Shown piece by piece: positions 16,420 through 23,135 of a stretch of 24,000 nt of DNA. The position numbers were made by a program, and so were the translations under genes. Under the pieces are notes generated by a model, which had not been told where the DNA came from, did no database searches, and worked only from the letters and a program-made list of their open reading frames with translations. Positions within the stretch are counted from its first letter, which is position 1. Every line of letters begins with the position of its first letter. The stretch is from Clostridia bacterium (GTDB lineage: Bacteria; Bacillota; Clostridia; Oscillospirales; CAG-272), in assembly GCA_017466445.1 (NCBI GenBank), contig JAFTUC010000019.1, forward strand, positions 1 to 24,000. Reading direction: 5' to 3'.

Positions 16420-16448
16420 ATTATATAATATTATTTTGCCCGTGTCAA
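16420..16448 (-). promoter_or_regulatory. Consensus sigma-A promoter driving the 15832-16350 gene (and probably cdaA-cdaR)
   Basis: Minus strand reads TTGACA (16448-16443) - 17 nt - TATAAT (16425-16420), a perfect match to both hexamers at optimal spacing, ~70 nt upstream of the TTG start. Confidence 0.7.
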
Positions 16449-16582
16449 CATGTATTACAAAAAATATAGAGAAAAGTTTTCACACTTTGCGTCTTTTACG
16501 GGTCAAAACGGCAGAAAAGTCGCCAAGCAGATAAATAATGCGCACAAAAAGCGAAAAAACGCTTAAAATTTCAAAAAATCTA

Positions 16583-16611
16583 TTGACAAATCGGGCAAGT
16601 TGTGGTAAACT
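16583..16611 (+). promoter_or_regulatory. Sigma-A-type promoter of the rpmG-secE-nusG-rplK-rplA cluster
   Basis: TTGACA (16583-16588) - 17 nt - TAAACT (16606-16611), with TGg at the extended -10 position and an A-rich UP-like tract upstream (AAAATTTCAAAAAATC). Confidence 0.6.
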
Positions 16612-16723
16612 CGTTATACCTCTGCGGAGAGGGCTTGTTTTTTTGCGCGTAAAATTATGCGTTCCGGGATGCGTAAGGTGCGCTTTGCCCGCTGAACAGC
16701 TCCGTCTGAGGGAGGTAAAATCT

Positions 16724-16804
16724 ATGAGCTGCATCGGAGGGATCCGGTGCCGTCGGGTACTCTGCCGACGGAAGCTCAAAAATAATTGGGAGGTGCCGAC
16801 TTGA
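16724..16804 (+). CDS. Candidate 26-codon upstream ORF in the rpmG leader (speculative)
   Basis: ATG 16724 is preceded by GGAGG (16711-16715) at 8-nt spacing. It encodes [26 protein letters not shown]. Its TGA (16802-16804) overlaps the rpmG TTG start (16801-16803) as TTGA. The same stretch also contains a 7-bp G+C-rich hairpin, so it may be RNA structure rather than coding sequence. Confidence 0.3.
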   Translation: MSCIGGIRCRRVLCRRKLKNNWEVPT

Positions 16805-16950
16805 GAGTAAAAATTACAATGGTGTGCAGTGAATGCAAGCAGAGAAACTACAATACTATGAAGAACAAGAAAAATGACCCGGACAGACTCGAAATGAATA
16901 AGTATTGTCGCTTCTGCAGAAAGCATACTCTGCATAAGGAATCGAAGTAG
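16801..16950 (+). CDS. rpmG: 50S ribosomal protein L33 (zinc-ribbon form)
   Basis: Too short for the ORF track. My hand translation from TTG 16801 (GGAGG 7 nt upstream) gives [49 protein letters not shown] (49 aa). This is classic bL33 with CxxC...CxxC. Confidence 0.9.
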   Translation: MRVKITMVCSECKQRNYNTMKNKKNDPDRLEMNKYCRFCRKHTLHKESK

Positions 16951-16963
16951 GAGGTTTTGAAAA

Positions 16964-17272
16964 GTGGCTGATAAGAAGATCAAAAACAACGTCGAAACCG
17001 ACGAAAAGAAGAAGGCTAAAGAGCTTGCAAAGGCTGAAAAGGCCAAGGCTAAGGAAGCCAAAAAGGCAAAGAAAGCGAATACTGCGGGATTTCTTCGCAG
17101 CGTTGTTGCCGAAAGAAAGAAGATCACTTGGTACGCAGGTAAGCAGAGCGTAAACTCTACCGTAGCGGTTATAATCACTATGGTGATCTGCGCAGCGATC
17201 ATAGGCGTGGTTGACTGGATCCTCGGACAGGGTGTCAACTTTGTAGGTACTATCGGAGAAATGTTCAGATAA
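16964..17272 (+). CDS. secE: Preprotein translocase subunit SecE (with Lys/Ala-rich N-terminal extension)
   Basis: GTG start with GGAGG 9 nt upstream. The C-terminal half FLRSVVAERKKITWYAGKQSVNSTVAVIITMVICAAIIGVVDWIL is the conserved SecE TM/amphipathic core. Its position between rpmG and nusG is canonical. Confidence 0.85.
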   Translation: MADKKIKNNVETDEKKKAKELAKAEKAKAKEAKKAKKANTAGFLRSVVAERKKITWYAGKQSVNSTVAVIITMVICAAIIGVVDWILGQGVNFVGTIGEMFR

Positions 17273-17371
17273 TCCGATCTGTATTACAGCTCGCCAAAAA
17301 AATACCGCACGGTCCGGCGCTGTGCGGCAGAATGAAAATCCGCCGGAGAAACGGTAAGTGTAGCATAATTT

Positions 17372-17932
17372 ATGTCAGATATCGAATATACGGAAGAACT
17401 GAAATGGTACGTTGCTCATACCTATTCGGGATACGAAAATAAGGTAAAGAGCAATCTTGAAAAGATCGTTGAAAATCGCGGTCTTCAGGAGTTTTTTGAA
17501 GATATCCGTATTCCCGTGGAAAAGACTACGGAAACAGACGGAGAAAAGACCAAAGAGGTCGAAACTAAGATTTTTCCGTGCTACGTTTTTGTGAAAATGG
17601 TTATGTCTGACCTTACCTGGCATGTCGTACGAAACATAAACGGAGTTACCGGCTTTGTCGGACCCGGATCAAGACCCGTGCCGCTCACAGACAGAGAGGT
17701 AGCGGAGATGGGACTCGAAAGCGCGGATGCTGTCAGCATCGGAATTGCTAAGGAGCTCCCGTACAACGTCGGAGACAGCGTAAAGGTCACCGCAGGATCC
17801 TTCAGCGGATTCATCGGAACCGTAAGCTCTATTTCCGATGACAAGACCAAGGTTATGGTAATGCTCAATATGTTCGGACGAGAAACGGCAGCAGAGATCG
17901 ATGCCGAATCGCTTGAGATACTCACTTTCTGA
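17372..17932 (+). CDS. nusG: Transcription termination/antitermination factor NusG
   Basis: NGN domain (KWYVAHTYSGYENKVKSNLE...FPCYVFVKM) and KOW motif (GDSVKVTAGSFSGFIGTV). No strong SD lies close to the ATG. Confidence 0.95.
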   Translation: MSDIEYTEELKWYVAHTYSGYENKVKSNLEKIVENRGLQEFFEDIRIPVEKTTETDGEKTKEVETKIFPCYVFVKMVMSDLTWHVVRNINGVTGFVGPGSRPVPLTDREVAEMGLESADAVSIGIAKELPYNVGDSVKVTAGSFSGFIGTVSSISDDKTKVMVMLNMFGRETAAEIDAESLEILTF

Positions 17933-18053
17933 CAGAGGCGATTAAAAACGGTCATTGCAGATCACAAAAGGATGATCTGTGCAAATATGTGGGAGGAAGA
18001 AAATTTTTCTTACATTCTTCCGACGTATAACCACATTTTGGAGGTATATTACT

Positions 18054-18479
18054 ATGGCAAAGAAAATAGCAGGTTATATCAAGCTTCAGCTTCCCGCCGG
18101 CAAGGCAATGCCCGGTCCGCCCGTAGGTCCCGCACTCGGACAGTACAGCGTTTCGATTCCTAACTTCACCAAGGAATTCAACGAGCGTACCAAGGCACAG
18201 GCAGGTCTCATTATCCCCGTAGTTATCACGGTTTATGCAGACCGCACCTTTACTTTTATCACCAAGACTCCGCCCGCAGCAGTTCTTATCAAGAAGGCTG
18301 TAGGTCTTGATTCGGGATCGGGTGTTCCCAACAAGACCAAGGTCGGCAACATAACCAAGGCACAGCTCAGAGAGATCGCAGAGCTCAAGATGCCCGACCT
18401 TAACGCGGCATCCGTAGAGGCTGCAATGAGCATGATCGCAGGAACGGCACGCAGCATGGGTGTCGTAGTTGTTGACTGA
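18054..18479 (+). CDS. rplK: 50S ribosomal protein L11
   Basis: [30 protein letters not shown]...[18 protein letters not shown] lies 8 nt upstream of ATG 18054. The track ORF start at 17979 is a spurious 25-codon extension. Confidence 0.95.
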   Translation: MAKKIAGYIKLQLPAGKAMPGPPVGPALGQYSVSIPNFTKEFNERTKAQAGLIIPVVITVYADRTFTFITKTPPAAVLIKKAVGLDSGSGVPNKTKVGNITKAQLREIAELKMPDLNAASVEAAMSMIAGTARSMGVVVVD

Positions 18480-18496
18480 GAAGGAGGGAATTAACG

Positions 18497-19195
18497 ATGG
18501 CTATAAAAGGTAAAAAGTATCAGGACAGCGCAAAGCTGTTTGAAAAGTCCAAGCTTTACGACAAGGCAGACGCTATCGCGCTCGTATGCCAGACGTCCAA
18601 GGCTAAGTTTGATGAGACTATAGAGGTTCACGTTCGTCTCGGCGTTGACTCCCGTCACGCTGACCAGCAGGTAAGAGGTGCGGTAGTTCTTCCTCACGGA
18701 ACCGGTAAGACCGTCCGTGTTCTCGCTCTCGTAAAGCCCGAGATGGAAGAGGCTGCAAAGGCAGCAGGTGCTGATTACGCAGGCTCTGACGAGTATATCG
18801 AGAAGATCCAGAAGGAAAACTGGTTCGATTTCGATATCATCATCACCACTCCCAACATGATGGGTGCTATCGGTCGTCTCGGCCGTGTGCTCGGACCTAA
18901 GGGTCTTATGCCTAACCCCAAGTCGGGAACAGTTACCATGGATATCGCACGTGCGATAAACGAGGCTAAAGCAGGTAAGATCGAGTACCGTCTCGACAAG
19001 ACCAACATTATCCACTGCCCCATCGGAAAGGCATCCTTCGGTGCTGAAAAGCTTGCTGAGAACTTCGACACTCTTATCGGAGCTATCATCAAGGCAAAGC
19101 CCGCAGCTGCAAAGGGACAGTATATAAAGAGCTGCGTTCTTGCATCTACTATGGGCCCCGGAGTTAAGGTTAACTACTCCAAGCTCGGCAGCTAA
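18497..19195 (+). CDS. rplA: 50S ribosomal protein L1
   Basis: 232 aa. [59 protein letters not shown] upstream. Confidence 0.95.
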   Translation: MAIKGKKYQDSAKLFEKSKLYDKADAIALVCQTSKAKFDETIEVHVRLGVDSRHADQQVRGAVVLPHGTGKTVRVLALVKPEMEEAAKAAGADYAGSDEYIEKIQKENWFDFDIIITTPNMMGAIGRLGRVLGPKGLMPNPKSGTVTMDIARAINEAKAGKIEYRLDKTNIIHCPIGKASFGAEKLAENFDTLIGAIIKAKPAAAKGQYIKSCVLASTMGPGVKVNYSKLGS

Positions 19196-19214
19196 TCAAT
19201 TTAACTGAGACAAT

Positions 19215-19248
19215 GGGGGTTGCATTATTTGTAACCCCCGTTTGTTTT
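19215..19248 (+). terminator. Intrinsic terminator after rplA
   Basis: GGGGGTT - 11 nt - AACCCCC followed by GTTTGTTTT, 20 nt after the rplA stop codon. Confidence 0.75.
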
Positions 19249-19281
19249 AAACTCGAATTTTCTGATAAAGGGGCGTAAAAG

Positions 19282-20184
19282 GTGCCTGAAAAAAATGTCG
19301 AAAAAAAGGGCGTGTCCGAAAAAACGCCCGATGCGATCGAAAAAAACAATCTGAAAAAATTCAAGCTGATAGACGGACTTTGCGCGTACGTTGTCTCGCT
19401 TGCCTTTTTTGCCTGCGCTTACGGATTTCTCAAAAATCTGATCGGAGTCTGGGCGATATATTTGGCGTGCGTTCTTTCGGTCACGGCGGTCATCTTGCTT
19501 GTGAAGCTTACGGGGCTCAGAGCCTCGTCGGTTTTTAAATTTTCTTCGCCGAAAAAGCTTGAGACACTCGGATGCTCGCTCGCGCTTGCGTCTGTTATAA
19601 TCATCTCTATGCCGCTGATACTTCTTTCTCAGCTGATAGCACCCGGACTTGCACTGACCTCGTTTAACGTGTATTCGGTGTCAAACAACACTTTTTCGGT
19701 CATAATACTCACAATTTTGCTCGCGATATGCGAAAATCTTCTTTTTGACGGCTATATATATTCCCGCTTTAAGGCTATAGATAATATTGCTATCCGCGCC
19801 GCCGTGATCGCACTGATGGCTTCGGCTATGAAGCTCGATCTGTACGCGCTTCCGTGCGTGCTTGTTGCGTCGCTCGCCTGCTTTCTCCTCAGAAGGTTTA
19901 CCGGTTCGCTTACTCTTCCGCTCGTGCTCAGAATATGCAGCTCGATGTTCGTTACCGCTATGAGTGCGGCATCTGCGGGAGCTTCCGAGCTTTTGGGAGA
20001 AGCGATGGGAGGAGTGCAGGTTACAGGTATGTCGCTCATATTTTTGGGGATCGCCTGCCCGTGCGTTACCGGAGCGTTCGGAGCGTTCGGAAGACTTGAT
20101 GGCAAAGGAAAGACGGTCGGAATAATTACCGGCGCCGCCGCTATAATCCTTGTTGCGATCGGAAGCGGTATCTCGTCGCTCTGA
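19282..20184 (+). CDS. Polytopic membrane protein, CPBP (CAAX protease/Abi, PF02517)-like with degenerate catalytic motifs
   Basis: 300 aa, GTG start. A Lys/Glu-rich N-terminal tail is followed by ~7-8 hydrophobic segments. ICENLLFDGYIY resembles CPBP motif 1 (EELLFRG). See findings for the substitutions. Confidence 0.5.
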   Translation: MPEKNVEKKGVSEKTPDAIEKNNLKKFKLIDGLCAYVVSLAFFACAYGFLKNLIGVWAIYLACVLSVTAVILLVKLTGLRASSVFKFSSPKKLETLGCSLALASVIIISMPLILLSQLIAPGLALTSFNVYSVSNNTFSVIILTILLAICENLLFDGYIYSRFKAIDNIAIRAAVIALMASAMKLDLYALPCVLVASLACFLLRRFTGSLTLPLVLRICSSMFVTAMSAASAGASELLGEAMGGVQVTGMSLIFLGIACPCVTGAFGAFGRLDGKGKTVGIITGAAAIILVAIGSGISSL

Positions 20185-20254
20185 GCGGCATTTAAATTTG
20201 AAAATCACCCCGTAAAAACGGGATCTTATACATTTTCTGTACGGAGAAATGCTT

Positions 20255-21697
20255 ATGCGATACGTTATAGACGGATATGAGCCGAAAAGGCTTTTCGAAA
20301 TATTTGAGGAGATCAGCAGCATACCGAGAGGATCGGGAAATGAAAAGGGAATTGCCGATTATATCTGCTCCTTTGCAAAGGATCTTGGACTTTTTTGCCT
20401 TCGCGACCAAAATAATAACGTTTTCGTCAGAAAAAATGCGGGTAAAGGATACGAAAACGCTCCCGCATTTCTCCTTCAGGGGCATACCGATATGGTGTGT
20501 GAAAAAAACGCCGTGACGGTCCACGATTTTGCGACCGATCCCATAAAGCTTTATGTTGACGGAGGCTTTCTTAAGGCAAAGGGTACCACGCTCGGTGCGG
20601 ATGACGGAGTCGCGGTGGCAATGATGCTCGCTCTGCTCGAATCGAGCGAGGATATGCCGACGCTCGAATGTCTTTTCACCGTGGAGGAGGAGACCTCACT
20701 TAAGGGTGCCGAAAGCTTCGATTATTCGGTGGTTACGGCAAGAAAAATGATAAATATGGATTCGGAGGACGAGGGTGTCGCGGTCGTTTCGTCGGCAGGC
20801 GGAGCAGACGTCCTTCTGGAGCTTTTGACAGATAGGATACCTTGCCCCGACCGCCCGATAAGGATAAAGGTCACGGGACTTATGGGCGGTCATTCGGGAT
20901 GCGATATCCATACCTGCCGCCAAAACGCAAACAGGCTGATGGGCAGGATACTTTCACGCCTTTATGCAAGAAAGCCGTTCAATCTGGTCTCGATAAACGG
21001 CGGAAATATGAAGAATGCGATCGCACGTGAATGTGTTGCCGAAATATCGGTGATCGATCGCGAGATCATTGAAAATGAACTCGATATTCTTCGCGCGGAG
21101 CTTGAAGCCGAGCTTTGTGAGGAGGATAAGAAGCTCAAGATATACCTCGACAAGGGAAGAGCGTCTCAAAAAATGCTCACCTATAAGGATACCTCGTCTG
21201 TGATCTCTCTTCTGACGCTCACTCCAAACGGAGTTTTCTCGATGTCTCCCGTCTTTGACCGACTCGTGCGCACCTCATGTAACTGCGGTGTCGTCGAGAC
21301 CTCGGAGGACTCTGTAAGGATATGGATAAAAACGAGATCGTCACAAAACTCGGAGCATGAGTATCTTATATCGGTCTTAAGACGCTTCGGAACGGTCTTT
21401 GGAGCGAGATTCGAACTCAGCGGTGTCTACGAGGCTTGGGACTACGTTGAAAATTCACCCCTCGCACGCGACTTTTTGAGAATATACAGTGAGCTTTTCG
21501 GAGAGCTCGGCATAACGCCGAGGACAGAGGCGATACACGCGGGTCTTGAATGCGGAACTATAATATCGAGGCTCGGAGGATGTGACGCGATCGCGATCGG
21601 TCCGAACGTCTACGATATCCACTCGCCCGACGAAAGACTCGATCTTGAAAGCTTTGAGCGCTTCTGGAAACTCGTTCTTGCCCTTATAAGAGCATAA
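20255..21697 (+). CDS. pepD: Aminoacyl-histidine (Xaa-His) dipeptidase PepD, M20C family
   Basis: N-terminal FEEISSIPRGSGNEKGIADYI, and metal ligands LQGHTDMV, GADDGVAVA, EEETSLKGA, C-terminal IHSPDERL. The second ATG (20255) has better GGAG spacing than the track's 20249. Confidence 0.9.
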   Translation: MRYVIDGYEPKRLFEIFEEISSIPRGSGNEKGIADYICSFAKDLGLFCLRDQNNNVFVRKNAGKGYENAPAFLLQGHTDMVCEKNAVTVHDFATDPIKLYVDGGFLKAKGTTLGADDGVAVAMMLALLESSEDMPTLECLFTVEEETSLKGAESFDYSVVTARKMINMDSEDEGVAVVSSAGGADVLLELLTDRIPCPDRPIRIKVTGLMGGHSGCDIHTCRQNANRLMGRILSRLYARKPFNLVSINGGNMKNAIARECVAEISVIDREIIENELDILRAELEAELCEEDKKLKIYLDKGRASQKMLTYKDTSSVISLLTLTPNGVFSMSPVFDRLVRTSCNCGVVETSEDSVRIWIKTRSSQNSEHEYLISVLRRFGTVFGARFELSGVYEAWDYVENSPLARDFLRIYSELFGELGITPRTEAIHAGLECGTIISRLGGCDAIAIGPNVYDIHSPDERLDLESFERFWKLVLALIRA

Positions 21698-21752
21698 AAT
21701 AGCCTGAATTTAGAAATTAACGGCGGAAATCCGCCTTGAATATGGAGGAAAA

Positions 21753-23120
21753 ATGAAGATCATACTCGTTGGTTGCGGAACGGTCGGTCTCTCGCTCGTG
21801 GCACCGCTGCAGAGCGAAGGACACGATATTACGGTTATCGACAGTGACGCAGGTGTAATCGAGCATATAAGTAACACCTATGACGTTATCGGATACGTCG
21901 GAAACGGAGCGACCTTTGACGTTCTGCGCTCTGTCGGAGTTGAAAACTGCGACCTTCTCATAGCAACTGCCGATTCGGACGAGCTTAATCTGCTTTGCTG
22001 CCTTTCCGCGCATAAGCTCGGTGCTAAAAACACTATTGCGAGAGTCAGAAATCCCGAATATGCGGGTCAGCTTTACGAGCTTAAGAATGATTTCGGTCTT
22101 TCAATGGCAATAAATCCCGAGCGTGCGGCGGCTGCCGAGATCGCGAGAATACTCAGATTTCCGTCGGCAACGAGCGTAGAGATATTTGCAAGAGGAAGAG
22201 CCGAGCTCGTTTCGTTCAGAGTTCCGAAGGGAAATCTTTTAGTCGGAAAGCAACTGCGTGAGCTTCCCTCGCTCGGTCTGTCCGTGCTCGTTTGTTCGGT
22301 AGACCGCGGCGGAGAGATATTCATTCCCGGAGGTACGTTTGTGATAAACGAGGGTGATAATCTCTACGTTACAGGCTCCCCGAAGGATATAAGCAGATCC
22401 TTTAAGAAGGCGGGGATCTATATAAATCCCGTAAAGAGCGTGATGATCGCGGGTGCGGAGACGATAAGCGATTACCTCGCCGATGCACTTGCTCAGCATA
22501 ATATCGGTGTCAAGATAATCGAGAACGATAAGACCCTTTCCTCCGCTTTTGCGAAGAAATACCCGAAGGCGGTCGTGCTTGAGGGTGAGCTTTCCGATCA
22601 TAGCCTTCTCGATGAGGAGGGACTTGATAAGACCGACGCTTTCGTGGCGCTTACAGGACTCGATGAGGGAAATATTCTTTCGGCACTTTACGCAAAGGAA
22701 AAGAAGGTTCCCAAGATCATAGCGAAGGTCGCGGGCGATAATCTTTTCTCAATGTTCAAGGGACGTGAGATAGACACCATCATCTCTCCCAAGCACGTAA
22801 CTCTTAACGAGATCTTGAGATATGTAAGGGCGATAGCCGCGAGTGGATCGGAGGGAAGCATCCTTTCTCTTTATAAGATCGTGGGAGGAAAGGTCGAGGT
22901 GCTCGAGTTCGAGGCGGACGCCGATATGAAGGATGTAATAAACATTCCGCTCAGCGTTCTCAAGATAAAAAAGAACGTCCTTATCGCGTGCATAGTCAGA
23001 AGTAATAAGGCACTCGTTCCAAAGGGGTCTGATATGATAATGCCCGGGGATAGCGTGCTTGTGGTAAGTGCGAACGGACGTATAACAGGTCTTGGCGATA
23101 TAATTGACGAAATAAAGTAA
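21753..23120 (+). CDS. trkA: Trk-system potassium uptake protein TrkA (tandem RCK)
   Basis: 455 aa. MKIILVGCGTVG Rossmann motif, with a second TrkA-N half beginning VMIAGAETISDYLA, each followed by a TrkA-C-like segment. GGAGG SD upstream. Confidence 0.9.
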   Translation: MKIILVGCGTVGLSLVAPLQSEGHDITVIDSDAGVIEHISNTYDVIGYVGNGATFDVLRSVGVENCDLLIATADSDELNLLCCLSAHKLGAKNTIARVRNPEYAGQLYELKNDFGLSMAINPERAAAAEIARILRFPSATSVEIFARGRAELVSFRVPKGNLLVGKQLRELPSLGLSVLVCSVDRGGEIFIPGGTFVINEGDNLYVTGSPKDISRSFKKAGIYINPVKSVMIAGAETISDYLADALAQHNIGVKIIENDKTLSSAFAKKYPKAVVLEGELSDHSLLDEEGLDKTDAFVALTGLDEGNILSALYAKEKKVPKIIAKVAGDNLFSMFKGREIDTIISPKHVTLNEILRYVRAIAASGSEGSILSLYKIVGGKVEVLEFEADADMKDVINIPLSVLKIKKNVLIACIVRSNKALVPKGSDMIMPGDSVLVVSANGRITGLGDIIDEIK

Positions 23121-23135
23121 AAGAAGAATTGCGTA

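Noticed and set aside
16480-17238. 252-aa minus-strand ORF spanning the rpmG leader, rpmG and secE
   Set aside because: It is antisense to two canonical genes. Its hydrophobic F/A/L/S repeats are simply the complement of the secE Lys/Ala codons. It would also run through the rpmG promoter.
19288-19329. A dnaX-like slippery heptamer A AAA AAG (19301-19308 region) followed by hairpin GGGCGT-10 nt-ACGCCC at the 5' end of the CPBP-like gene, considered as a possible -1 frameshift site
   Set aside because: The stem starts essentially at the last base of the heptamer, with ~0 nt spacer versus the 5-9 nt normally required. The -1 frame gives only a short peptide with no recognisable features. The A-tracts are explained by GAA-AAA (Glu-Lys) codon pairs.
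21698-21752. Search for a c-di-AMP (ydaO-type) riboswitch upstream of trkA. Also the idea that cdaA-cdaR, relA and trkAH form a linked second-messenger/potassium module
   Set aside because: The spacer is only 55 nt (one small GGCGG-aaat-CCGCC hairpin), far too short for the riboswitch. The genes are 6-12 kb apart, in separate operons and on different strands, so co-location is most simply coincidental.
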